From positions 62,622 through 126,621 of the forward strand of contig JAFDYN010000008.1 in assembly GCA_018267385.1 (NCBI GenBank): 64,000 nucleotides of DNA. The letters run 5' to 3'. The position numbers were made by a program, and so were the translations under genes. Origin of the DNA: Bacteroidota bacterium (GTDB taxonomy: Bacteria; Bacteroidota; Bacteroidia; Chitinophagales; LD1). The notes beneath the pieces are model-generated. The model worked only from the letters and a program-made list of their open reading frames with translations, did no database searches and was not told where the DNA came from. Positions 1 to 8,330 of the stretch are shown here, in pieces. The number at the start of each line of letters is the position of its first letter. Positions within the stretch are counted from its first letter, which is position 1.

Positions 1-89
1 CTATGATCAGCTAGAACAGCCAGGTATGAAGGATCATGTGTATCGCGTCCATTGGGTTACTAAAATAGCTATTTGCAAAGTTGTAAATG

Positions 90-129
90 GTTTATCGGCA
101 TAATACCCGCAGGTATTATGCCGATAAAC
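90..129 (-). terminator. 18-bp perfect stem with a 4-nt loop, overlapping the stop codon of the 116..520 gene
   Basis: gtttatcggcataatacc (90-107), cgca, ggtattatgccgataaac (112-129); the two arms are exact reverse complements. It lies at the 3' end of the minus-strand ORF. There is no clear U-tract. Confidence 0.4.
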
Positions 130-520
130 AGATGGCTAGCTCTATATCCTTGCATACTTCGGCAGGTGAATTGAGTTTGTTAAATTTCTCATAAGTCATC
201 TTGGTCTTTTTTATACCCTTGGAGCTAAAGAACCGCGACATATCCTGTACGGCCAGCCGGGCTTTGACCAGTTCCTGTTTATTATCAGAGGACGGTATAT
301 AATCTATCTCGATCTTTATTTTATTGACTGGAATATGATGTTGCGCAGAAAAGTTATTTAGCCATGTTCCCATTACGGCGCGCTCTGCACTATCCATCTC
401 ATGAGCAGGCGGGATACAGGCATAGTGCACCACAAATTTATTGAGAGGCTTTTGGCAAAAAGCTTTTTGCGAAATGCTAACCAGTAGTACGATAAGAAGT
501 AAAAGGATTCTTGGTTTCAT
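116..520 (-). CDS. hypothetical secreted protein
   Basis: 134-aa ORF with an N-terminal signal peptide (MKPRILLLLIVLLVSISQKAFCQ). No recognisable catalytic motif. Confidence 0.5.
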   Translation of the reverse strand: MKPRILLLLIVLLVSISQKAFCQKPLNKFVVHYACIPPAHEMDSAERAVMGTWLNNFSAQHHIPVNKIKIEIDYIPSSDNKQELVKARLAVQDMSRFFSSKGIKKTKMTYEKFNKLNSPAEVCKDIELAICLSA

Positions 521-684
521 AGTCGTGACTTTTATCCGTGCTCACAATCTGTATGCCCGAAACTCTAATATAAGACTTTGCAAGCCGCAAAATATTGCGG
601 TTCTACAAATCGCAACATACCCCCCTTGCAATCTCCACATCAATCTGCCTCCCCTTCCCCAATTGGTAACTTATAACGATCTGG

Positions 685-1545
685 TTATTTCAAACATTTG
701 GAGAATTTCTCTTTAGTTATTAGTACATCTTTCCTCCTCTCGTAGAAATACTCATGTAGTTCGTATCGACACAAATAGGCCTCTTTAGGTGTAAACTCCG
801 TTTCCCGGAATATTATCCGCCTATCAGCATTGTAGCCGTAATGCATCACACAGCCAGGTACAGAGTCTGAGTTGTAATAAATATACCGGGTAATCGGCCG
901 CTGATGCTGGTCAAACACAATTTGTTCCTTGACGGTAAAAGGTGTTCCGCTTCGAGACTCCAATCTGATGCAGATGGAATCATGTCTCTCAAATTTTGTG
1001 ATGATAGTGTCTAAAACCCTATTATTCATACTGACATATTCCGATATTATTGTATCCTGTATGTAAATATCATTGACAAAAAGATATACCCCCAGGTAAT
1101 CGCTCAATGAGCAATATGCTCTGATATGATCACCTGAATTTTCGATAGTAGCCACTAATATCAGATGATTGGGGCTCAGATAAGTAGGATACTGCTTATC
1201 CTTTTTCTTGTGGGATAAGTGATCATAATATTCATTGATACTAGCTAACCGGCCGGTGGTATCGTACGAAAAAAAACTCCTTTGCCAATTATAGCCCCCA
1301 TCATACCTATCGCTGCGGAGTACCAGCCCTTTATTTCTATAACTTTTGTAATGGTAATCAGAAAGTTCAGGCGCAGCACCATCGAAAGAATCGATCAGGA
1401 CAATCGCGCGCCCATCAAAAGTATCTTCATCTATTTCTTTGATATAGTCATAGCGAATCTCATCTGGAATGCGTTGAGCCGTAGCGGAGCCACATTTCAG
1501 GACACCTAATGTTATAACTAAAACTAACTGCAGGCATTTACTCAT
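685..1545 (-). CDS. hypothetical secreted protein
   Basis: ORF 685..1593. The probable start is the internal Met (MSKCLQLVLVITLGVLKCGSATAQ), which gives a signal peptide. No family recognised. Confidence 0.5.
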   Translation of the reverse strand: MSKCLQLVLVITLGVLKCGSATAQRIPDEIRYDYIKEIDEDTFDGRAIVLIDSFDGAAPELSDYHYKSYRNKGLVLRSDRYDGGYNWQRSFFSYDTTGRLASINEYYDHLSHKKKDKQYPTYLSPNHLILVATIENSGDHIRAYCSLSDYLGVYLFVNDIYIQDTIISEYVSMNNRVLDTIITKFERHDSICIRLESRSGTPFTVKEQIVFDQHQRPITRYIYYNSDSVPGCVMHYGYNADRRIIFRETEFTPKEAYLCRYELHEYFYERRKDVLITKEKFSKCLK

Positions 1546-1696
1546 GATATATGGGTTTCGACCGGGCTTTACCATATTTCGGTTCATCTCCATTCAAATT
1601 TTCATTTTGAGATGTCACTAATGTAGCATTTCCTGCTGAGGCCAATCATTTGCATATCTCCACAGATAAACTGATATTGGTCTATCAATCCACTCC

Positions 1697-1924
1697 ATGG
1701 AAAAACAAGACAAAGACCTCTACGGCGAAAAAGTACCCGCAGGCAAACGCACCTATTTCCTCGACTTCAAAGAAAAACATAATGGCGACCACGTGATCAA
1801 GATCACAGAGAGCCGCAAGAATGGTGAAGAATTCATCCGTTCTACGGTCATGATCTTCCAGGAGGATTTTGACAAGTTCTTTGAGGCGCTGGACAGGGTA
1901 CGCCAGCAGATAGGACAGCACTAA
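1697..1924 (+). CDS. PUR-alpha-like ssDNA/RNA-binding protein (DUF3276 family)
   Basis: 75 aa. The pattern 'GKRTYFLDFKEKHNGDHVIKITESRKNGEEFIRSTVMIFQEDFDKFFEALD' matches the single PUR repeat typical of Bacteroidota DUF3276 proteins. Confidence 0.7.
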   Translation: MEKQDKDLYGEKVPAGKRTYFLDFKEKHNGDHVIKITESRKNGEEFIRSTVMIFQEDFDKFFEALDRVRQQIGQH

Positions 1925-1943
1925 GCCCTCGGCCCCATCCAAA

Positions 1944-1970
1944 CCTTCCCCAACGGGGAAGGCTTTAATA
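1944..1970 (+). terminator. 8-bp GC-rich hairpin followed by 'ctttaata', downstream of the PUR-like gene
   Basis: ccttcccc (1944-1951), aac, ggggaagg (1955-1962), then ctttaata. It starts 20 nt after the stop codon. A related copy is at 60530-60556. Confidence 0.35.
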
Positions 1971-2160
1971 CAGCAACGGCTGTTAAAGTCCCCCTTGGGA
2001 TTTAGAGCCTGTCCAACCTCCACAACTCCGCTATTGACCTCTATATGAACGCTATCTACACTTTTCTGTGTTAAACTTTTATATACCGTTGCTATCACTG
2101 GCATAGATTTGTTCGTCTATCTTTATGTCTGTCGGGACCCCACGATGAAGCGTTTAAGGT

Positions 2161-5100
2161 TTGGTAATGAAGAAAACTCTACTAGTCGTCCTATCTATTG
2201 TCACGTTTCTGGCCGGTATGGCCCAGAATACAACCATCACCGGTACGATCAACCGCTATAGCAAGGTGACAGCTGTAGTGCGCTGTGGCAATAGGATGGT
2301 AGTTGATTCCCCTTCCCTTTTCGCTGTAGGTACGCGCGCCCTGGTCATACAGATGCAGGGCGCACAGATGGATGCCAGCAATGGTGCCACCTATGGCGAC
2401 CTGCTCAGCTACGCCGACGCAGGCAACTATGAGATCGTGACCATAGACTCTATCCTCACAGATACCCTCAAGTTTCGCTACCAGCTGCAGCGGCTCTACG
2501 ATGCCACCGGCAGTGTACAGATCATCCCCCTGCCGGAGTACCACCAGGCCACAGTGACAGGGGGCAAACTGACCTGCCGCCCGTGGAATGGAGCTATAGG
2601 CGGCGTGCTGCTGCTAAAGGCTGACTCACTGGTACTGAATGACTCCATAAAAGTCAGCGGTATGGGTTTCCGTGGCTACTACAATAATGACAGTTCACAG
2701 AATTGTTTTGGCGGGACCAATAGCGGGTACTATTTCGGTGACAGTATGCAGGGCGCGCCAAAGGGAGAGGGTATAGTCCGAGCACCCTATATCTATGGCC
2801 GTGGCAAAACGGTAAACGGCGGCGGCGGTGGCAATAACCAGAACACCGGCGGCGGCGGCGGTGGCAACTATGGCCAGGGAGGCCTGGGTGGCACTATCGT
2901 ACCGCGCACCATAGCCTGCCCGGGCAATAACCCCGGTATAGGCGGCCTGGCGCTGGGATACAGTGATACTGTCAATAAGATATTCATGGGTGGCGGTGGC
3001 GGCTGCGGCCACGGCAATAACAGCGAAGGCACCGGTGGCACCAATGGTGGCGCGATCGTGATCATCATGGCCAATACCCTGATAGGAAACAATAAAGGCA
3101 TCGTGTCAGACGGCATAGACCAGACCCGTATAGCCGGTAGTGACGGCGCGGGTGGCGGCGGGGCTGGAGGTACAATTTTGCTATCAATAGGCCAGTATAC
3201 CGGCAGCCTGGGCGTACGCGCCAAAGGCGGCATAGGGGGTAGCCTCAATAATGACTTTCTGACGCGCTCCTGTATGGGACCTGCAGGCGGTGGAGGCGGC
3301 GGAGTGCTGTGGGTGAGCCAGGCATCTGTGCCGGCCGCGATCTCCTATACCGCTCCCGGCGGCATCAATGGCAAGAACCTCGCAAATACCTCTTTCTGCC
3401 CGCTCGGTGTGACCAATGGTGCCCTGCCCGGCGATACCGGCGGCAGCGTGATGGGGCTGCTGATACCCGAGTCATCAGTACCATACATACGGCTCTCGGC
3501 TACGGCCTCGGGAGATACACTACTCTGCAATGACCAGCAGCTGCACCTGTCTGCTGCGGGCACCTCATCAGATAGTGTGTACTATGCATGGAGCACAGGG
3601 CAGACCGGCTCAGACATCACCTTCCTGGCTACGCAGACTGCGGCCTACGCTGTAGATGTGACCGACCGCAATACCTGCACCGTGACCAAAACTATGAACG
3701 TGACGGTGGAGCATGTACTGCCAAACTTCAGCGGCGATACAGCCATGTGCAGCCCGGCCAATATCACCCTGCATGCGGATAACTCAGGTAGCACTCCTGT
3801 GAGCTACAGCTGGAATACCGGCGCGACTACCCCGTCTATATCCTTCCTGGCAGACTCTACGCAGGCCTACACCGTCACGGTGAGCAGCGCCAATAACTGT
3901 AGCGCCACGGCTACTATGAATGTGAGTGTAGGCAATCTGAATGCCACCTACTCCAATGATACCGCGATCTGCCTCGGCCAGCCACTTACCTTGTCAGTTT
4001 TCCCGGCTATGGGCGCGGCCTACTCCTATGCCTGGAGCAGCGGACAGAGTACCGCCAGCATCAACGTGACTCCGGGGGGCAGCACTACCTATACCGTGAC
4101 TGTGAGCGCAGGCGGCGGCTGTACCACGCATCATGATATACATGTAGATGTGCAGAGTGTCCTGCCCGCTTTCTCCTCTGATACGGCCCTATGCGGCGGC
4201 GGCTCACTGACGCTACACGCAGACAATACGACAGGCACGCCGGTGACCTATGCCTGGAGTACGGGAGATGCCACGCCGGCCATCACAGTCAGCCCCTCAT
4301 CTCCTACTATGTATACCGTGACCGTGAGCAGCAGCCTGGGCTGCACAGCTACCGATACTATCCGTGTGAATGTAGGCACGCTGCGCGTATCATATTCCAA
4401 TGATACAGCCGTATGCCCCGGCCAGCAGGTCACCCTCGCAGCCAATGTGCTCTCTGGAAACAATGTGACATTTGACTGGAGTACAGGCGATATCACTGCA
4501 TCTATCACAGAGACCCTGACTCAGGATATCAGCTACGATGTGACGGTGATGGATGATGCGGGCTGCATCTCTACCCACAGTTTCTTCCTGCGGCAGGACT
4601 ACCTGGGAGCCTTTGGCTCTGACGATACCACTACCTGCCCCGGTGGCACAGCCCTGCTGTCTGTAGACGTGCCCAATGTCAATAACGTGACCTATGCCTG
4701 GAGCACCGGAGATGCCACACAGCAGATCAGCGTGACCCAGACCAGCCGGCAGGTCTACACCGTGTCGGTGAGCAGCCCTGACGGATGCTCGGGCACAGTC
4801 TCCATCAATGTCTACGTAGACTCGGTGCAGGTAGCTACTGTCAGCGATACCGTGTGCCCTGGAGGCCGTGCTATACTGCACGTGAGCGCCGCAGGTATCG
4901 GTGGTGCACACTTCGCATGGAGCGACGGCAGCCGCGCAGATTCCCTGGCTATCACTCCTGCGTCCAGTACGACCTATACTGTGACAGCTACTGACAGCCT
5001 GGGCTGTACTGCTACCGGCACAGCGGCAGCTACTATAGACAATAACTACACGCACCTCTCGCCACACATCACTGCTGTGCCTGACAGTGCGTCCACACCC

Positions 5101-5577
5101 GGAGACAGTGTACAGCTCACAGTATCCGGCGGAGCGCTCGCTACCTTCCTCTGGTCGCCGGATTCGAGCCTGACCAGTACTACCGCTCAGGCCACAGTGG
5201 CCACGCCGCAGCGTGCTACCTACTACTGTGTAGATGTGACCGACTCCAGCGGCTGTAGTGCGCAGGCCTGCCTGCTGATAGGTGTGGGTGTGCCCGCAGC
5301 AGAGATCATATTCCCGAGTGCATTCACGCCTAATGGCGATGGCCACAATGACCGCTACACCATACCCGCTGTAGATGGTACAGTAGTGGCCCATGTCACG
5401 ATATACAACCGCTGGGGAGAAACCGTATTTGAAGCAAATGATAACTCAGGCTGGGACGGCACCTATCACGGCATAGCACAGCCGGCAGAGATATATACCT
5501 GCTTCGTAAAGTACTACCAGAAGATCTATCCTGAGAAGCCATTCTACAGGGAGGGAAATTTTACGTTGATACGGTAA
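2161..5577 (+). CDS. large surface adhesin-like protein with a T9SS type-B (gliding-motility CHU_C) C-terminal sorting domain
   Basis: Signal peptide (MVMKKTLLVVLSIVTFLAGMAQ). Gly-rich segment (GGGGGNNQNTGGGGGGNYGQGGLGG...). Eight ~74-aa Cys-containing repeats. The C-terminus 'FPSAFTPNGDGHNDRYTI...YNRWGETVFE...WDGTYHG...YTCFVKY...GNFTLIR' is the type-B sorting domain signature. Confidence 0.85.
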   Translation: MVMKKTLLVVLSIVTFLAGMAQNTTITGTINRYSKVTAVVRCGNRMVVDSPSLFAVGTRALVIQMQGAQMDASNGATYGDLLSYADAGNYEIVTIDSILTDTLKFRYQLQRLYDATGSVQIIPLPEYHQATVTGGKLTCRPWNGAIGGVLLLKADSLVLNDSIKVSGMGFRGYYNNDSSQNCFGGTNSGYYFGDSMQGAPKGEGIVRAPYIYGRGKTVNGGGGGNNQNTGGGGGGNYGQGGLGGTIVPRTIACPGNNPGIGGLALGYSDTVNKIFMGGGGGCGHGNNSEGTGGTNGGAIVIIMANTLIGNNKGIVSDGIDQTRIAGSDGAGGGGAGGTILLSIGQYTGSLGVRAKGGIGGSLNNDFLTRSCMGPAGGGGGGVLWVSQASVPAAISYTAPGGINGKNLANTSFCPLGVTNGALPGDTGGSVMGLLIPESSVPYIRLSATASGDTLLCNDQQLHLSAAGTSSDSVYYAWSTGQTGSDITFLATQTAAYAVDVTDRNTCTVTKTMNVTVEHVLPNFSGDTAMCSPANITLHADNSGSTPVSYSWNTGATTPSISFLADSTQAYTVTVSSANNCSATATMNVSVGNLNATYSNDTAICLGQPLTLSVFPAMGAAYSYAWSSGQSTASINVTPGGSTTYTVTVSAGGGCTTHHDIHVDVQSVLPAFSSDTALCGGGSLTLHADNTTGTPVTYAWSTGDATPAITVSPSSPTMYTVTVSSSLGCTATDTIRVNVGTLRVSYSNDTAVCPGQQVTLAANVLSGNNVTFDWSTGDITASITETLTQDISYDVTVMDDAGCISTHSFFLRQDYLGAFGSDDTTTCPGGTALLSVDVPNVNNVTYAWSTGDATQQISVTQTSRQVYTVSVSSPDGCSGTVSINVYVDSVQVATVSDTVCPGGRAILHVSAAGIGGAHFAWSDGSRADSLAITPASSTTYTVTATDSLGCTATGTAAATIDNNYTHLSPHITAVPDSASTPGDSVQLTVSGGALATFLWSPDSSLTSTTAQATVATPQRATYYCVDVTDSSGCSAQACLLIGVGVPAAEIIFPSAFTPNGDGHNDRYTIPAVDGTVVAHVTIYNRWGETVFEANDNSGWDGTYHGIAQPAEIYTCFVKYYQKIYPEKPFYREGNFTLIR
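3496..5286 (+). repeat. 8 tandem ~222-bp (about 74-aa) coding repeats inside the adhesin
   Basis: Recurrent pattern 'S(G/N)DT..C....L.L.A......Y.WSTG.T...I.V.P...T.YTVTV....GC.....I.V.V'. Units 2/4 and 3/5 resemble each other more closely, which suggests a two-unit super-repeat. Confidence 0.8.
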
Positions 5578-5946
5578 AGGTAACAGCCATTAAACCGCAG
5601 AGGCGGAGGGGCGCGGAGGAAATGCAGGATTAGATCAGTGCTTCCCTCCCAAGGCTAAGGCCTTGAGAAGATACGATCCAGCTATTTGAATTTTGTGTTA
5701 AAGCTCCACATTGCGGGAGAATGTAAGAGGGTGAGACATGCGCTTTGACAGAAGTAAATCTACTAATAGGTAAGCCATAAATACATCCCTTTGCCTTTCC
5801 TTAAACCCTTTGCGCCTTTGCGAGAAATATATCTGGCAATATCGGAGCGTTTAAATGTTCCCTGAGCACTTAAACCATATCTTCCTCTGCGGTAAAATAT
5901 TGCTTTCGCGTTTCAGCGTCTTTGCGGTTAACCTTGTATTGGAAAT

Positions 5947-6579
5947 TTACCAGACAGCCACCTCATTGAAATGGTTATCCAGGGTGATCTTCTTGCCCTG
6001 GTAGATCACCGTCGCCTTGCCATTCTCAAAGCTCGTGGCAGACTCATAGGAGGCCCTCTTGATCACCTTGCCGTCGCGGTCTATATAGCCGTATTTGCCG
6101 CCTATGATCTCTACATGCTCACCGCTCGGATCTGAGCGAAAGGTACACCCGGACACAAACACCGCATAGTCTCCATTGAAAGGATAGACGAAATCAAACT
6201 TAGCCGGTATCACTACCTTATTCATATTGGCAAAGCCAAACTTGCCCTTGGCATAGATGCGGTACAGGCCCGTGCCCATATAGTTGGGCCCATTGTCAAA
6301 TACAAATATCCTGTATAGTACATGCTCCTGACGGTCTATGGCTACTATACCCTGTGTGGGGTCCTGCACGATAGCGGTATTGTAAAAGGAGTCTGTGAAC
6401 AGATAGGAGTATTTGCCCGGTGGTATGATCACTTTACCCGTACTGCTTTTATAGCCACAGTTGTCATCTCCATCACAGAAAAGTATCAGGCAGTCCTTTG
6501 GCGTTCTTTGGGCATGGCCCGGCGTACAGAGGGTCATCAGCAGCGCCACCGGGAGCAGGTAGAGATGGTATTTCAGCAT
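5947..6579 (-). CDS. WG-repeat (KWG) containing secreted protein
   Basis: ORF 5947..6639, with the likely start at MLKYHLYLLPVALLMTLCTPGHAQ. It has repeated 'G(K/L)Y..I...G..VI...(F/Y)D.V..F..G.A.V' units, such as 'GKYGYIDRDGKVIKRASYESATSFENGKATV'. Confidence 0.7.
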   Translation of the reverse strand: MLKYHLYLLPVALLMTLCTPGHAQRTPKDCLILFCDGDDNCGYKSSTGKVIIPPGKYSYLFTDSFYNTAIVQDPTQGIVAIDRQEHVLYRIFVFDNGPNYMGTGLYRIYAKGKFGFANMNKVVIPAKFDFVYPFNGDYAVFVSGCTFRSDPSGEHVEIIGGKYGYIDRDGKVIKRASYESATSFENGKATVIYQGKKITLDNHFNEVAVW

Positions 6580-6666
6580 GATCTTCGATCTAGATAAAGG
6601 AATGACCGCCCTACCGCAGGAGCACGGTACGATAGCCACGAAAGGCTTTACGCAGTAAATGTTGTA

Positions 6667-7209
6667 TTAGTTGCAGTCTATGACGATACCGGGGCTCAAA
6701 ACTCGGTTACTGAGGTGTCCAGCTCGGTCTTTGATGAAAAAAGAGTAGCGAAGCGTATCCTGCGTGCCGGTACCGGGGCACTCTACACTGACCTGAAAAG
6801 TGATATCTCCCTGCAGGGCCGGGTACTTGGTAGCCACCGGTATATATTTAGTGCCTATGCCCGGTATGCTCAGGCAGCTATCCGGAAATCCGGACGTATA
6901 GGCATAGTAGAACACATCCCATGTAGTGTTGGATATAGCGCGGCTGTCAGTAGAGTGGTCGGTGCAGAGACAGTCTGCACAGGTAGTATCTATCGTGCCA
7001 TCCGGTATCCCAAAGTCACCATCTCCATCTGTGAATGACAATGTCACCTGCACCGTATCTGTGGTAGGACCGCCGGAGGGCAGGCTGACCAGTGTCTTAG
7101 ATACGCTCTTCAGCTCCAGATGCGGCTCCACGGGATAGCTGGGCTGCTTCACACAGCTGCTCAGTCCTATCAGGGCTGCCACCAGGGCTATGAGTAGATA
7201 GTTTTTCAC
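6667..7209 (-). CDS. hypothetical lipoprotein
   Basis: Lipobox 'LIGLSSC' after the signal peptide. Cys-rich 180-aa protein with no family recognised. Confidence 0.5.
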   Translation of the reverse strand: MKNYLLIALVAALIGLSSCVKQPSYPVEPHLELKSVSKTLVSLPSGGPTTDTVQVTLSFTDGDGDFGIPDGTIDTTCADCLCTDHSTDSRAISNTTWDVFYYAYTSGFPDSCLSIPGIGTKYIPVATKYPALQGDITFQVSVECPGTGTQDTLRYSFFIKDRAGHLSNRVLSPGIVIDCN

Positions 7210-7266
7210 CGTAGCTAAGAAACTAAAAATTGAAGTGTTTATTGCACCTTTGCGTCAAATTTTTGT

Positions 7267-8253
7267 GTGCCGCAGCACCTCACAGACTTGATATTCCACG
7301 CTGATCAGGCCTCCTTTGAGGCCACAGCCTTGAGTGTATTCCGCTACCAGTATCAGCACACGCAGCTATACAGGGATTTTTGTGATCGGATGCACCGCAC
7401 TCCTGATACAGTGGCGGCGCTGGCAGATATTCCCTTCCTGCCGGTACAGTTTTTCAAGTCGCACACGGTCATGGATAGCTTGTGTCCTGTTGCCAAAACC
7501 TTTGAAAGCAGTACGACCACCGGTACTACGCCCAGCCGCCACCATGTAGCTGATCTGGCGCTGTATGAGCGCAGCTATCTGAGGGCATTTGAATTGTTTT
7601 ACGGCGATCCATCGCAATACTGCATCCTGTCCCTGCTGCCCTCCTATCTGGAGCGCGGCACCTCCTCTCTGCTGTATATGGCAGACGACCTGATGCGCCG
7701 CTCAGGTGACCCGCTCAGTGGCTTCATAGACAAAGACTTTGCAGAACTTAATCGCCGTATCGCTATTGCAGGAAACAGCAATAAAAAACTCCTCCTGCTC
7801 GGGGTGACCTATGCCCTGCTGGATTTTGCAGAGGCGTATCCTCAGCCGCTGGGAGATGCTATCATCATGGAGACAGGTGGCATGAAGGGCCGCCGCGAGG
7901 AGATGATACGCGCAGAGATACACAGGGTTCTTACTACTGCTTTCGGTGTCAGCAGCATACATAGCGAGTACGGCATGACCGAGCTGCTCTCGCAGGCTTA
8001 CTCCTCCGGTGAGGGGATCTTTCGCTGCCCGCCGTGGATGATGCTACTAGTACGCGACCCCTATGATCCGCTCTCCTACCTGCCCGCGGGCAAAACCGGT
8101 TCTCTCAACATCATCGACCTGGCCAACCTGCACTCCTGCTCCTTCCTGGCGGTGTCTGATCTGGGCAAGGTATATCCCGATGGGTCTTTTGAAGTGCTAG
8201 GCCGGCTGGACAATAGCGAGATACGTGGATGTAATCTGATGTATGAATTGTGA
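7267..8253 (+). CDS. LuxE-like acyl-protein synthetase / adenylate-forming enzyme family protein
   Basis: N-terminus 'FEATALSVFRYQYQHTQLYRDFC...IPFLPVQFFK', P-loop-like 'SSTTTGTTPSRHHV' and 'ETGGMKGRREEM' resemble the LuxE/PaaK-type adenylating fold. Confidence 0.55.
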   Translation: MPQHLTDLIFHADQASFEATALSVFRYQYQHTQLYRDFCDRMHRTPDTVAALADIPFLPVQFFKSHTVMDSLCPVAKTFESSTTTGTTPSRHHVADLALYERSYLRAFELFYGDPSQYCILSLLPSYLERGTSSLLYMADDLMRRSGDPLSGFIDKDFAELNRRIAIAGNSNKKLLLLGVTYALLDFAEAYPQPLGDAIIMETGGMKGRREEMIRAEIHRVLTTAFGVSSIHSEYGMTELLSQAYSSGEGIFRCPPWMMLLVRDPYDPLSYLPAGKTGSLNIIDLANLHSCSFLAVSDLGKVYPDGSFEVLGRLDNSEIRGCNLMYEL

Positions 8254-8330
8254 ATCTTCACTTAAAATTAAAGTGGCTTATTGCTGACCTGAACATGATA
8301 CTTTTACTTTTGATATAAATCCAAACACAC

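Noticed and set aside
1685-2104. 139-aa minus-strand ORF overlapping the PUR-like gene.
   Set aside because: The plus-strand 75-aa product matches the DUF3276/PUR repeat pattern. The remainder of the minus ORF covers a hairpin/terminator region.
4390-5394. 334-aa antisense ORF inside the adhesin gene. Other ORFs lie in alternative frames or antisense across its Gly-rich/repeat region (2695..3012, 2868..3248, 3309..3533, 4191..4508).
   Set aside because: They lie opposite or overlapping a gene with strong domain evidence (T9SS type-B domain, tandem repeats). Their translations are low-complexity (Pro/Arg/Gly-rich). Long open frames are expected by chance in GC3-rich repetitive coding DNA.
5594-5893. 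10-bp inverted repeat (accgcagagg at 5594-5603 and cctctgcggt at 5884-5893) that could mark MITE-like ends.
   Set aside because: A single 10-bp inverted repeat within a ~370-nt interval is not very improbable by chance; my rough estimate is a few percent. There are no target-site duplications and no second copy in the window. I kept only the broader note on the intergenic region.
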